59,732 nucleotides of DNA from positions 1 to 59,732 of the forward strand of contig JAFTKR010000018.1 in NCBI GenBank assembly GCA_017453165.1. Reading direction: 5' to 3'. The stretch's first letter is position 1. Every line of letters starts with the position of its first letter. The DNA is from Clostridia bacterium (GTDB lineage: Bacteria > Bacillota > Clostridia > Christensenellales > Borkfalkiaceae). Shown here piece by piece: positions 27,955-38,021 of the stretch. A model generated the notes under the pieces. It did not search any database, was not told the origin of the DNA, and saw only the letters and a program-made list of their open reading frames with translations. The translations under genes were made by a program, and so were the position numbers.

Positions 27955-29259
27955 ATGAAGTACACCACCAAAGCTGCTGAAAAAAGCACCGTAAAGATCA
28001 CTTTTAAGTTTGACGCCGAAGAATGGAAAAACGCGATCAACAAAGCTTACCTTCAAAATAAAGGCAAGTTCGCGCTCAACGGTTTCCGTAAAGGCAAAGC
28101 GCCCAAGCACGTAATCGAAAGCGTTTACGGCAAAGGCGTTTTCTACGAAGACGCACTCAACAACCTTTTCGCGGAAAACTACGGTACGGTTCTTGATAAA
28201 AAAGCAAAAGATTTCACGGTAGTCGGCGATCCCGAACTTTCCGTTGAAGAACTTTCCGACGACGGCGTTACGCTCGTTGCGGTCGTACCTGTAAAGCCTG
28301 AAGTAAAAATCAGCTCTTACAAGGGTATGAAAATCCAAAAATTTGAATATACTGTTAAGGAAGAAGAAATCAACGCGGAAATCGCGCGTCTTCAAGACAG
28401 AAACGCTCGCAAAGTTGAAGTTACCGACCGCGCGGCGCAAAACGGCGACGTTGCAAATATCGATTTCGTCGGTACGGTTGACGGCGTAAAATTCGACGGC
28501 GGTGAAGCGCAAGGTTTCGATCTTACGCTCGGTTCCGGCCAATTCATCCCTGGGTTTGAAGATCAAGTTATCGGCATGAAAATCGGCGAAAAGAAGGACG
28601 TAAACGTTACCTTCCCTGAAAACTATCAAGCGGAAGACTTGAAGGGTAAACCCGCCGTATTCGCGGTAACCTTGAACGCAATCCAAGGCAAAGAACTTCC
28701 CGAAGTAAACGACGAGTTCATCAAGGAAGCAACGGGCATGGAAAGCGTTGAAGCGTACAAAGCAAAGACGAAAGAAAGATTGCAAGCGCAAGCGGACAGA
28801 AAGTCTGTTGACGCTACGGAAAACAGCATTTTAGACGCAATTGCAAAGAACGCGGAAGCGGAAATTCCCCAAGCAATGATCGAAAGAGAAATCGACAGTC
28901 TTGTTCAAAAGTTTGAATATCAACTCATGTATCAAGGCTTGAAACTTCAAGACTATTTGAACTTCTTGAAGATCACGATGGCAGATTTCAGAAAGAACTA
29001 CGAAGAACAAGCGAAAAAGAGCGTAATGAACCAACTTATCATTTCCCAAATCATTGCGGACGAAAAAATCGAAGCAACCGAAGCGGAAGTGGAAGCGCAA
29101 ATCGCAAAACAAGCGGAATCGGTTGAAAAATCGGCGGAAGAATACAAAAAGACCATGGATCCCCGCCAATTCGATTATATCCGTAGCGATATCGTCATTA
29201 CCAAACTTTTCGATTTCTTGAAAGCAAACAACGAAATGTACGTGGAGGAATCCAAATAA
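27955..29259 (+). CDS. tig: Trigger factor
   Basis: It has the ribosome-binding N-domain (GFRKGKAP signature), an FKBP PPIase domain and a C-terminal arm. It lies upstream of clpP-clpX. Confidence 0.95.
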   Translation: MKYTTKAAEKSTVKITFKFDAEEWKNAINKAYLQNKGKFALNGFRKGKAPKHVIESVYGKGVFYEDALNNLFAENYGTVLDKKAKDFTVVGDPELSVEELSDDGVTLVAVVPVKPEVKISSYKGMKIQKFEYTVKEEEINAEIARLQDRNARKVEVTDRAAQNGDVANIDFVGTVDGVKFDGGEAQGFDLTLGSGQFIPGFEDQVIGMKIGEKKDVNVTFPENYQAEDLKGKPAVFAVTLNAIQGKELPEVNDEFIKEATGMESVEAYKAKTKERLQAQADRKSVDATENSILDAIAKNAEAEIPQAMIEREIDSLVQKFEYQLMYQGLKLQDYLNFLKITMADFRKNYEEQAKKSVMNQLIISQIIADEKIEATEAEVEAQIAKQAESVEKSAEEYKKTMDPRQFDYIRSDIVITKLFDFLKANNEMYVEESK

Positions 29260-29852
29260 TGGAAAAGAACGTTCTCGTTCCCTACGTCGTCGAACGCACT
29301 TCGACGGGCGAACGCTCTTACGATCTTTATTCAAGACTGTTAGAAGACCGAATCATCTTTTTGAGCGGTGAAATCAACGACGCGTTGGCAAATACCATCG
29401 TCGCGCAACTCATCTACTTAGAAGGCAAAGATTCCGGTAAAGATATTAGCTTGTATATCAACTCGCCCGGCGGTAGCGTATCGGCAGGCATGGCGATCTA
29501 CGACACAATGAACTATATCAAATGCGACGTATCGACGATTTGTATCGGTATGGCGGCGTCCATGGGCGCGTTCTTGCTCTCAAGTGGCGCGCGAGGTAAA
29601 CGGTTCGCGCTCCCGAATTCGGAGATCATGATCCACCAACCTCTCGGTGGCGCGCAAGGTCAAGCAAGCGATATTAAGATCCAAGCGGAACATATCCTTC
29701 GCACGAAAGCGAAACTCAACCGTATCCTTTCCGAAAACACGGGGAAAGACCTTTCCACCATCGAACGGGATACCGATCGGGACAATTATATGTCCGCGGA
29801 AGAAGCTCGTATCTACGGGCTTATCGATAGAGTATTCGTAAAAAGAGTATAA
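29259..29852 (+). CDS. clpP: ATP-dependent Clp protease proteolytic subunit
   Basis: It has the catalytic Ser region [13 protein letters not shown] and the His region MIHQPLGG. Its start overlaps the tig stop (TAATG). Confidence 0.97.
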   Translation: MEKNVLVPYVVERTSTGERSYDLYSRLLEDRIIFLSGEINDALANTIVAQLIYLEGKDSGKDISLYINSPGGSVSAGMAIYDTMNYIKCDVSTICIGMAASMGAFLLSSGARGKRFALPNSEIMIHQPLGGAQGQASDIKIQAEHILRTKAKLNRILSENTGKDLSTIERDTDRDNYMSAEEARIYGLIDRVFVKRV

Positions 29853-29878
29853 GCTCTTTAAGAAAACATGCGAAACGA

Positions 29879-29917
29879 CGCGCAAAGCCCGCTACGGGTT
29901 TTGCGCGGTATTTTTCC
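29879..29917 (+). terminator. Strong hairpin with T-run between clpP and clpX (terminator or attenuator)
   Basis: A 12-bp stem, CGCGCAAAGCCC / GGGTTTTGCGCG, has loop GCTAC and is followed by GTATTTTT. Confidence 0.7.
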
Positions 29918-29985
29918 TTTCATCGCATACCTGCCCTATTCATTTTTGTTTAATTCCCCGTTTTTTACGGGAACGGAGTGTGTCT

Positions 29986-31227
29986 ATGACTAAATACGAA
30001 AAACGTTGTTCTTTCTGTGGGAAAGACAAGGATTTGACCAAACTTTTAATCGACGGACCAGACGGCGTGTCCATTTGCGACGAATGTATCGCCGTTTGCA
30101 GTTCCATGCTCGACGAATCGCTCGAAATCTCGCCGAAGGCGGAAAACGTGCCTTTGAAAAAACCGGTAGAGATCAAAGCCGAACTTGATAAATATATCGT
30201 CGGGCAAGACAAAGCAAAACGGTATTTATCCGTTGCGGTCTACAACCATTATAAGCGAATCAACGCCATCTCGTCGAAAAAAACCAAAAACGACGACGGC
30301 GTAGAAATTGAAAAGAGCAATATTTTATTGCTCGGCCCTACGGGTAGCGGTAAAACTCTACTCGCGCGTACGCTTGCAAAAATTTTGAACGTACCGTTCG
30401 CCACCGCCGACGCAACGACGTTGACGGAAGCAGGCTACGTCGGCGAAGACGTAGAAAATATCCTTTTGAAACTCATTCAAAACGCCGATTACGATATCGA
30501 ACGCGCGCAACGGGGGATTATTTACGTCGACGAAATTGACAAAATTTCAAGAAAGAGCGAAAACGTTTCAATCACGCGCGACGTATCGGGCGAAGGCGTA
30601 CAACAAGCGCTTTTGAAAATCATTGAAAGCACGACGGCAAACGTCCCCCCGCAAGGCGGAAGAAAACACCCCAACCAAGAATGTTTACGCATCGACACGA
30701 CGAATATTTTATTTATTTGCGGCGGCGCGTTCGTGGGGCTTGATAAAATCGTTTCCACGCGCAAGAACGACACGTCCTTGGGCTTTGGCGGAAAGGTGCG
30801 TTTATCGTCGGACGAAGCGGATTATAGCGTGCTTGACGACGTAAAACCGCAAGATTTAACCAAATTCGGTTTGATTCCCGAATTCGTAGGCAGACTTCCC
30901 ATCGTCGTCAATCTCGATCCGTTGGATGAAGACGCTCTCGTAAAGATTTTAACCGAACCCAAGAACGCGATTATCAAACAATACCAAAAACTCGTCGGGT
31001 TTGACGGGGTGAAACTGACGGTGGAAGACGACGCGGTACGCGAAATTGCGCAAACGGCAATCCGTTTAAAGACAGGCGCGCGCGGACTTCGTACGATCAT
31101 CGAAGGATTAATGACGGAAGTCATGTACAAGATTCCTTCGGAAGAAAACGTAGAAGAAGTCGTTATCACGAAAAAGTGTTTAACGGACGGCGAAACCCCA
31201 CGCCTTATCTATAAAGAAATTGCGTAA
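29986..31227 (+). CDS. clpX: ATP-dependent Clp protease ATP-binding subunit ClpX
   Basis: It has a zinc ribbon (CSFCGK..CDEC), Walker A (GPTGSGKT) and Walker B (IIYVDEIDK). The ATG at 29986 has SD GGAG. Confidence 0.97.
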   Translation: MTKYEKRCSFCGKDKDLTKLLIDGPDGVSICDECIAVCSSMLDESLEISPKAENVPLKKPVEIKAELDKYIVGQDKAKRYLSVAVYNHYKRINAISSKKTKNDDGVEIEKSNILLLGPTGSGKTLLARTLAKILNVPFATADATTLTEAGYVGEDVENILLKLIQNADYDIERAQRGIIYVDEIDKISRKSENVSITRDVSGEGVQQALLKIIESTTANVPPQGGRKHPNQECLRIDTTNILFICGGAFVGLDKIVSTRKNDTSLGFGGKVRLSSDEADYSVLDDVKPQDLTKFGLIPEFVGRLPIVVNLDPLDEDALVKILTEPKNAIIKQYQKLVGFDGVKLTVEDDAVREIAQTAIRLKTGARGLRTIIEGLMTEVMYKIPSEENVEEVVITKKCLTDGETPRLIYKEIA

Positions 31228-31249
31228 AAATTTTGAAACAATAAACGAA

Positions 31250-31288
31250 CCCCGCAAGCTACAATAGATAGCTTGCGGGGTTATTTTT
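31250..31288. terminator. Bidirectional intrinsic terminator between clpX and plsC
   Basis: The stem is CCCCGCAAGCT / AGCTTGCGGGG, followed by TTATTTTT. Confidence 0.8.
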
Positions 31289-31292
31289 CTCG

Positions 31293-32087
31293 TTATTCTT
31301 CTTTCACGTTGGAAGCAGATTCTTCTTTCAGCTCGTACCTGCCCCCTTCTTTTTCGTAAATATGTTCCAGCGTCATCGCTCTCGCTTTCTCCGCGATATC
31401 GTGGGAGTTTTGTCCTTCTTCCATGGGAATCGTACCTAAAATATCGAAATGTACGACCGTAGGACGGAAGGGCGCGCGTTTCTTGATTTGCTCCGTACCC
31501 GTCACGACCGCTACGAGTACCGGCACGTTCGCTTTTTGCGCGATCTTGAATACGCCGTCGTGATAGGGCAAAAGCTTGCCGTTTTTGCTTCGCGTACCTT
31601 CGGGATATACGCCGATTGAACCTTGATCCTGCTTGATAAAATCAATCGCTTTTACGAGCGTTTTCATGGAATTTCTCGGATTTTCACGATCAATGGGAAG
31701 AAATCTACAACGGGTAACCAACGGACCTGCAATAGGAATTTTAAAGTTTGAAGGTTTGGAAATGAACGCTACGTCCTGTTTATGGAATATGTAGCGCGTG
31801 ATAATGGGATCGAAATTAGAGCGGTGGTTGGCTACGAACAAAAACCGTCCTTCGGGGATTTTTTCCTTACCCGTAACAATCACTTTAATTCCGCAAAGTT
31901 TCGTCGCTAAATACGTTGACAAACTCAATAAGTTTTCGTAAAATTTACTCTTCGTCACGTATTCTTTTTTAGGGTTTACAAGAAGCGACGCGCCAACCAA
32001 AAAAAGCACGTATAAAAGCACTAACCCGACGAATACGATTAGAATCGCTAAAAGTACGATTCCTATGATTTTCAAGGCTTCTTCCAT
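31293..32087 (-). CDS. plsC: 1-acyl-sn-glycerol-3-phosphate acyltransferase
   Basis: It has an N-terminal TM helix, the HX4D motif (NHRSNFDP) and a PEGTRS motif. Confidence 0.85.
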   Translation of the reverse strand: MEEALKIIGIVLLAILIVFVGLVLLYVLFLVGASLLVNPKKEYVTKSKFYENLLSLSTYLATKLCGIKVIVTGKEKIPEGRFLFVANHRSNFDPIITRYIFHKQDVAFISKPSNFKIPIAGPLVTRCRFLPIDRENPRNSMKTLVKAIDFIKQDQGSIGVYPEGTRSKNGKLLPYHDGVFKIAQKANVPVLVAVVTGTEQIKKRAPFRPTVVHFDILGTIPMEEGQNSHDIAEKARAMTLEHIYEKEGGRYELKEESASNVKEE

Positions 32088-32109
32088 ATAATAGACTCCT
32101 TACAATCTC

Positions 32110-32856
32110 TTATTCTTCTATTTTGTCTAACTCGCAAGAGGCGTCATAGTCCGCCTGCGTAATTTTCTCGTTTTCCAATAAATATTTTGCGTACGAAATC
32201 TCTCTCGTCTCGCCCATATAGTAATCCCCGTTTCCGCGAATTACGTTCAAAAGCCAAGCAAAAAAGATCTTGCAGTCCATAAAAAATCCGAATTGCCAAG
32301 CGTATTTTCGATCGGATAAAAACATTTCTTCAAACGTCGTTTCCTTATCTCCTACGCAAACCAAGGGATTAATTAGCCCCGCGCGAACGAGAAAACGGTC
32401 TTTTTCTACTTCCGATTCAATAAACTTTCCTTCCGAAGGAAGCAACCCTTTTCCGCCGATGAAACTTAAACGACCGAAAAACACGTCCAACAAAAGGGGG
32501 AGTTTGTAAAGTTTCGTCGATTCTAACCAACGGCCGTATCTGCCAAGTACTTGACCGTCCGCGTCTTTCGTGCGATAGGTGTGTAAAAACACGACCTTTT
32601 CCTTTCTCGAAAGGCGAGCATCCGTCTTCATTAACGACTCGATCACCCCTTCGTTTTCCTTTTGAAATTTCTTACCGCGAATCACGATCGCAAGAAAGAT
32701 CGGGGAGGTCACCGCCAAACATACCGCGGATACGAGCACGTCGAACACGCGCTTGAAAAACCAACGGTAAGTCAAACAAACAACCATCAAAATTGCAAAA
32801 AAGTCAAACGCTAAAATACACGCGATTCCCCACGGACTATTTAATAATTCTTCCAT
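32110..32856 (-). CDS. Divergent bacterial sugar-transferase-family protein (possibly non-catalytic)
   Basis: It is collinear with the WbaP/EpsL C-terminal domain: FKRVFDVLVSAVCLAVTSPIF; GRWLESTKLYKLPLLLDVFFGRLSFIGGKG. However, the usual LDELPQL and VGPRP positions are substituted. Confidence 0.5.
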   Translation of the reverse strand: MEELLNSPWGIACILAFDFFAILMVVCLTYRWFFKRVFDVLVSAVCLAVTSPIFLAIVIRGKKFQKENEGVIESLMKTDARLSRKEKVVFLHTYRTKDADGQVLGRYGRWLESTKLYKLPLLLDVFFGRLSFIGGKGLLPSEGKFIESEVEKDRFLVRAGLINPLVCVGDKETTFEEMFLSDRKYAWQFGFFMDCKIFFAWLLNVIRGNGDYYMGETREISYAKYLLENEKITQADYDASCELDKIEE

Positions 32857-32866
32857 TTTTTTCCCC

Positions 32867-33535
32867 TTATTCTTCGTCTATCCCGTCTTCGTCGTCTTCG
32901 TCCACGTATTTCGGTTCGTTCTCCAAAGCGATCACGTCGGCAATTTTATTTAAAACTTCCACCTTACCGTAACCCGTTTCCGAACTCGTCGCAATCAGGT
33001 TTTCCTGCCCCAAATACAAATCCGCGGCAATCGCTCTCACGTGCTCTTTGACCTTCATTCTCGATAACTTGTCCGCTTTCGTCAAAACGACGGTGAAAGG
33101 GAGCATATGGTAGTGCAAAAACTCGATCATTTGTAGATCGTCTTCCGTCGGATCGTGACGGGAATCTACGAGCATGAATACGTGCGAAATTTTTTCCTTA
33201 TCTTTAAAAAAGTTATCAAGCGTTTTCGCCCACTTGATTTTTTCCGACTTCGATACTCTCGCAAATCCGTATCCCGGTAAATCCGCTAAAATAAATTCGC
33301 CGAAATCAAAATAGTTCACGAGCCGTGTTCTACCCGGTTCACTACTCGTTTTCGCAAGTTTTTTGCGGTTGGCAAGCATATTGATAAACGAGCTTTTCCC
33401 CACGTTCGATTTTCCACAAACGGCGATCATGGGTTTTGTCGGCGTAATAAACTGTTCAGGACGCGCCGCCGAAGTAATAAACGTGGCGTTTTTCACCGTT
33501 AAATTTGCCTTTTTTTCTCCGTTAAACTCGACCAT
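32867..33535 (-). CDS. engB: Ribosome biogenesis GTPase EngB/YsxC
   Basis: It has the G1 motif GKSNVGKSSFIN and G3 DLPGYG. It lies downstream of lon, as in Bacillus. It carries an acidic C-terminal tail. Confidence 0.9.
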   Translation of the reverse strand: MVEFNGEKKANLTVKNATFITSAARPEQFITPTKPMIAVCGKSNVGKSSFINMLANRKKLAKTSSEPGRTRLVNYFDFGEFILADLPGYGFARVSKSEKIKWAKTLDNFFKDKEKISHVFMLVDSRHDPTEDDLQMIEFLHYHMLPFTVVLTKADKLSRMKVKEHVRAIAADLYLGQENLIATSSETGYGKVEVLNKIADVIALENEPKYVDEDDEDGIDEE

Positions 33536-33560
33536 GGGTGCTCCTTTCCCTTATTTTTCC

Positions 33561-35987
33561 TTATTTACAACAAATGCCGTCCGTCAAACCGTCTTTAATC
33601 TCCGAAACGGGGTAGGGGTGGCTTTTTTCCACTTTTTCCGCGACTGTGGTTCGGCGTTCTTTTTCCAAAAGCGCAATCTCGAACACTTCGTCCACCCGTT
33701 CTACGGGATAGAAATGGAAGTCTTTGCGAATATTTTCGGGAATTTCTTCCAAATCCTTTTCGTTTTCAATAGGCAATACGATATTTTTAATCCCCAATCG
33801 ACGCGCGGCAAGCGCCTTTTCTTTCAATCCGCCGATCGGCAAAACTTTTCCGCGCAAGGTGATTTCACCCGTCATCGCAACGTCTTTTCTAACCTTTCTG
33901 CCCGTGAACGCGGAAAGGACCGCCGTCGCAATCGTGATCCCTGCGCTCGGCCCGTCTTTCGGGGTTGCGCCTTCGGGCACGTGGATATGCACGTCGTTCG
34001 TTTCAAATTTCTCGTACGGAATCCCGTATTTTTCCGCATTGGCGCGGATATACGTAATCGCCGCAAACGCCGATTCTTTCATGACGTCGCCGAGTTTTCC
34101 CGTCAAACGGATCTCGCCTTTACCCTTTAAAATTACCGCTTCAACCGTCAACGTCGTTCCGCCGACCGACGTCCAAGCCAATCCCGTGACCGCGCCGACT
34201 TCTTCCGTTTTGCGTTTCTCTTCACGCTTATATTTCGGCGAGCCGAGCAAGGTTTCGATTTCTTTCTTCTTCAAAGACACCCCACCCATGTCCTTGTCGT
34301 CCGCCTTTTTTACTGCAATTTTCCGACAAAGCGAGCCAACCGCGCGCTCCAACGAACGAACGCCTGCTTCCATGGTATAGCCTTCGATTAAGAACTTCAT
34401 GCCGTCCGAAGAAATCTTGATAAATTTTTCGTCCAAACCGTTTTGTTTGAGTTGTTTCGGCAAGAGATAACGTTTTGCAATCTCCGATTTTTCTTCCAAG
34501 GTATAGCTCGAAAGTTGAATAATTTCCATACGGTCGCGAAGGGGGGCGGGAATAGTTTCCAGCGAGTTCGCCGTCGTGACGAAAAGAACCTTACTCAAAT
34601 CGTAGGGAAGTTCCAAATACCGATCCTTGAACGTCGAATTTTGTTCGGGATCGAGCACTTCCAAAAGCGCGGACGAAGGATCTCCGTGAATATCCGACGA
34701 AACCTTGTCTATTTCGTCGAGCAAGAATACGGGGTTGACCGAACCTGCGTTTTTCATGGCGTAGATAATTCTACCCGGCATCGAGCCGATATAGGTACGG
34801 CGATGACCGCGGATTTCCGCTTCGTCCCTTACCCCGCCAAGGCTCATTCGCACGAATTTTCTGCCCAACGCTCTAGCAATCGACGAAGCGATACTCGTTT
34901 TCCCCACACCAGGGGGGCCGACAAGACAGAGCACGGGGGCTTTCATATTTTTCGTTAATTTGAACACCGCCAAATATTCGGTAATTCTTTCTTTTACCTT
35001 TTCCAAGCCGTAATGGTCTGCGTCCAAAACCTTGATACAATCGCTTAAAAGTTCGGTATCTTGCGTTTCTTCCGTCCAAGGCAGTTCCAAAACTTGATCA
35101 AGGTAGGTGGTGACGACGTTGTATTCGGGAGACGTTACGGGGGTTCTCGCCAACTTGTCCAACTCTTTCAAGCATTTTTGTTTCGCTTCTTCGGGCAAGT
35201 TTTTCTTTTCGATCTTTTCTCGGTATTCGTCTTCTTCCTTACGGTCGTCGCCAAGCTCGGTATGAATCGCCTTGACCTGTTCACGCAGGAAATATTCCTT
35301 TTGCGATTTGTCGATATTCTTCCGAACGGACGTAGCGATTTTTTTCTCGATCTTGGAGATCTCTAACTCGTCGTTTAAGCAACGATCCAATACCTGTAAG
35401 CGTTTGACGACGTCGGAAATTTCCAAAATTTCCTGTTTTATGTCCAAACGTACGCGCATAGCGTTGGTAGCAACGTTGACGAATTCGTCCGCGTCTTCAA
35501 TCCGTTCTAACCGGTCGATCACTTCTTTGGTGAATTTCGCGTTTTCCCCGATAGAGTCCTTAAACAAAGCTTTTGCGCTACGAAGATAAGCTTCTTCAAG
35601 CGTCGGATCGCCACGCGCGGATAAAATTTCGTCCACGACGGCGGAAAAATGTCCCGATTCAAAACGGAACAATCTCGCTCTCGCGCGATACAAGCCTTGG
35701 CAAAATACTCTTACGCCGTTCGTCGTTTTCACGACTTGCTTTAAGATCGCAACCGTACCGACAGAATATAAATCGTCTTCGGTGATGTCGATCTTTTCCA
35801 CTTCTTTTTGCGAACAAATAAACAACAGTTTTTCGACCGTAGCGTACGCTCGGTCGATTGCTTTTACCGTCATATCCCTGCCTGCTTCAAAGGTTAAAAC
35901 GCAGTCGGGAAAAGCCACCTTACCACGAAGGGGAACGACGGGTAACGTATTCGTTCTGATAATTGATCTTTCTTTATACATTTCCAT
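33561..35987 (-). CDS. lon: ATP-dependent protease Lon (LonA type)
   Basis: It has a LON N-domain, AAA+ Walker A (GPPGVGKTS) and the catalytic Ser region PKDGPSAGITIA. Confidence 0.97.
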   Translation of the reverse strand: MEMYKERSIIRTNTLPVVPLRGKVAFPDCVLTFEAGRDMTVKAIDRAYATVEKLLFICSQKEVEKIDITEDDLYSVGTVAILKQVVKTTNGVRVFCQGLYRARARLFRFESGHFSAVVDEILSARGDPTLEEAYLRSAKALFKDSIGENAKFTKEVIDRLERIEDADEFVNVATNAMRVRLDIKQEILEISDVVKRLQVLDRCLNDELEISKIEKKIATSVRKNIDKSQKEYFLREQVKAIHTELGDDRKEEDEYREKIEKKNLPEEAKQKCLKELDKLARTPVTSPEYNVVTTYLDQVLELPWTEETQDTELLSDCIKVLDADHYGLEKVKERITEYLAVFKLTKNMKAPVLCLVGPPGVGKTSIASSIARALGRKFVRMSLGGVRDEAEIRGHRRTYIGSMPGRIIYAMKNAGSVNPVFLLDEIDKVSSDIHGDPSSALLEVLDPEQNSTFKDRYLELPYDLSKVLFVTTANSLETIPAPLRDRMEIIQLSSYTLEEKSEIAKRYLLPKQLKQNGLDEKFIKISSDGMKFLIEGYTMEAGVRSLERAVGSLCRKIAVKKADDKDMGGVSLKKKEIETLLGSPKYKREEKRKTEEVGAVTGLAWTSVGGTTLTVEAVILKGKGEIRLTGKLGDVMKESAFAAITYIRANAEKYGIPYEKFETNDVHIHVPEGATPKDGPSAGITIATAVLSAFTGRKVRKDVAMTGEITLRGKVLPIGGLKEKALAARRLGIKNIVLPIENEKDLEEIPENIRKDFHFYPVERVDEVFEIALLEKERRTTVAEKVEKSHPYPVSEIKDGLTDGICCK

Positions 35988-36060
35988 ACTTTATTATTAC
36001 CCAAAACCACGCTTTTTGAAACAAGCAAGGGAAAAACCCTTGCTTGTGCAGTGAACTACG

Positions 36061-36876
36061 TTATTCTTCGTTCTTTTCTTCTACGTCTTCTTCCGAAACA
36101 ATCGATCTATTGGAATAAGCGTATTTCGCGTAGTTATAATATCGGTTATATCCCCCGACGCTCTTTTCCGTTTTCTTATAGTCGTTAACGACGACGCCAA
36201 GAACGTTGACATCGGAGAACTTTAACGTGTTAATGCTCTTTGCAATATCGCTTTCGTAAGAGTGCATGTGTCTGCAAACGATCACCGTACCGTCCGCAAT
36301 CGACGCAACCGCAATCCCGTCGGAAACCAATAACAGGGGGGGCGTGTCGTAGATAACGTAGTCGTAACGAGCGCGAAGCTTTTCATCCAACTCTTTCATC
36401 ATCTCGCTTTCCAAAAGTTCGTAGGGTTTCGGAGAACGGGTTCCGCAAGAGATATAATCTAAATTATCGCTTACGCCACTTTTACGAATCACGTCGTCAA
36501 GCGTTACTTGTCCCGACAAGTATTCGCTCAAACCTTGGCTACTCTTTCCACCGAAAGTTTTCGCAACTCTGCCCTTACGGATATCCGCGTCAACGATCAC
36601 TACCTTTGCCGACGAAGACATCGCGAACATCATCGCAAGGTTGACGGAAACCGTCGTTTTCCCTTCTTCGGGATAGGAAGAAGTAATCGTGAGCGACGTA
36701 CCGCAACCTGTCTTTTTCGGCACGGATACGGAAATGGAAACTTTCAAGTTACGGAAGGCTTCTACCACGTTAAACGGAGATTTTTCGTCAAGCAAAAAAG
36801 ATTTCTCGTTTTCACGCTTTTCCACGACCTTTTTAACGGCCTCTAATTTTTTATCGTCATTTTTGAAAAACGCCAT
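36061..36876 (-). CDS. CpsD/CapB-family tyrosine autokinase (BY-kinase catalytic subunit)
   Basis: It has Walker A (PEEGKTTVSVNLA), Walker A' (VIVDADIRKG), Walker B (YVIYDTPPLL) and a Tyr-rich C-terminal region. Confidence 0.8.
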   Translation of the reverse strand: MAFFKNDDKKLEAVKKVVEKRENEKSFLLDEKSPFNVVEAFRNLKVSISVSVPKKTGCGTSLTITSSYPEEGKTTVSVNLAMMFAMSSSAKVVIVDADIRKGRVAKTFGGKSSQGLSEYLSGQVTLDDVIRKSGVSDNLDYISCGTRSPKPYELLESEMMKELDEKLRARYDYVIYDTPPLLLVSDGIAVASIADGTVIVCRHMHSYESDIAKSINTLKFSDVNVLGVVVNDYKKTEKSVGGYNRYYNYAKYAYSNRSIVSEEDVEEKNEE

Positions 36877-36878
36877 GA

Positions 36879-37790
36879 TTATTTACCCCCTTTCTTTAAT
36901 TTTTCGATCTCGTCTTCTTCTTTTGAAGCATTGGACGGGATCACGCCAAGAACGGGTACGCCGAATTTCTTTTGAATCACTTCAACGTCCTTAATCCGCT
37001 TATCCAATCGATCCACGACGATTACAACGATACAAGCAAGGAATAATACGATCGCGCCAACCACAACGGCAAACTTAATCGTTTCTTTAATCACGTAGGA
37101 TTGATTCATCCATTCTACCATGGGATACAACGGAGTTACGAGTTCGCAATTCGTGCCTTGATATCTGCTCGGATCGGGATTGACCATTCTGCTTTTAATG
37201 ACTTGCGGAACTTTGACTTGCAACTGTCTTAAAAGTTCGCCCGTAAATTTCTTATCGAAAATCCCTTCTTGTTTCACGGACAACGTCACGTAGATATAGT
37301 TATTCGATTCGGTATTCGCCGACGATACGGGCGCAGAGCCGTCTTCTTTATAGTAGAAATTCAACGAACTTTTTACCTTACGGATAAACGCGTCGTACGC
37401 AAGAACTTGCTTGGAATACAAGTTAGGATCGGTCTTGGAAAGTTCCGGATCGGGTTTTTGAGGCAAACCAAACGCTTCAAAATCCATAGATTCCACGAAC
37501 ACTTCCGTTGCTTTTTCCGTTCTTAAATAGCGGACCATGGTATCCATGATCGCGTATCCGTAAACGCCTTGGAAAGATTCTTCGTCGTCTTCCTGCTTTG
37601 ATTCAGGGGATACGAAAAAGGTCAAATCCGAACCGTAGTACACGACGTCGTGCGATTTCAAGAACCCAAGCGCGCCACCAAGAAAACAGCCTGTTAAAAA
37701 TAATACGATTAAAAGTTTGAGTTTTGAAACGAGCGCGGATAAAATATCCGAAAGGGAAAACTCTTCCGCCGTATTCAATTTCTCTTCCAT
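36879..37790 (-). CDS. Wzz/CpsC-type chain-length determinant (BY-kinase modulator)
   Basis: It has N- and C-terminal TM helices flanking an extracytoplasmic domain. It lies 2 nt upstream of the kinase gene. Confidence 0.7.
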   Translation of the reverse strand: MEEKLNTAEEFSLSDILSALVSKLKLLIVLFLTGCFLGGALGFLKSHDVVYYGSDLTFFVSPESKQEDDEESFQGVYGYAIMDTMVRYLRTEKATEVFVESMDFEAFGLPQKPDPELSKTDPNLYSKQVLAYDAFIRKVKSSLNFYYKEDGSAPVSSANTESNNYIYVTLSVKQEGIFDKKFTGELLRQLQVKVPQVIKSRMVNPDPSRYQGTNCELVTPLYPMVEWMNQSYVIKETIKFAVVVGAIVLFLACIVVIVVDRLDKRIKDVEVIQKKFGVPVLGVIPSNASKEEDEIEKLKKGGK

Positions 37791-37986
37791 AGATAAAACT
37801 CCTTTTCCTAAAATACTTACCTTTTTAGGATCCTAATCACAAATTTTGCCAATACGCGTGAAACCCGTATAACAAAATCTTTTACATTATATCATTTTTT
37901 ACTTATAAAGTAAAGCGTTTTTTCCTTTCTTTCATCTATTTTCAAGAATTCCCATTCCTTTGTTTTTTTCTTCACCCTTTCAACGC

Positions 37987-38015
37987 TTGCAAAAAATATC
38001 CTTTCGTGCTATAAT
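37987..38015 (+). promoter_or_regulatory. Sigma-A-type promoter ending 6 nt before the holB ATG (possible leaderless mRNA)
   Basis: TTGCAA, 17 nt spacer, TATAAT, then AGAATC-ATG. There is no SD. Confidence 0.5.
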
Positions 38016-38021
38016 AGAATC

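Noticed and set aside
27928-28791. 287-aa minus-strand ORF
   Set aside because: It is antisense to trigger factor, and its Phe/Arg/Val-rich composition is typical of shadow frames. The same reasoning applies to 28831..29334 (-), 20077..20616 (-) in lysS, 33363..34130 (+) and 33724..34380 (+) in engB/lon, 55546..56568 (-) in ftsH, and 15721..16218 (-), an out-of-frame same-strand ORF inside the deacetylase gene.
36021-36047. Intrinsic terminator after the BY-kinase gene
   Set aside because: The 11-bp hairpin is convincing, but neither strand has a T-tract after it. I recorded it as a member of the CAAGGG/CCCTTG hairpin family instead of calling a terminator.
37269-37285. Second parS-like site (TGTTTCACGGACAACG) inside the wzz-like gene
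   Set aside because: Only the left half-site matches and the right half is unrelated (about 10 of 16 positions). This is within chance expectation.
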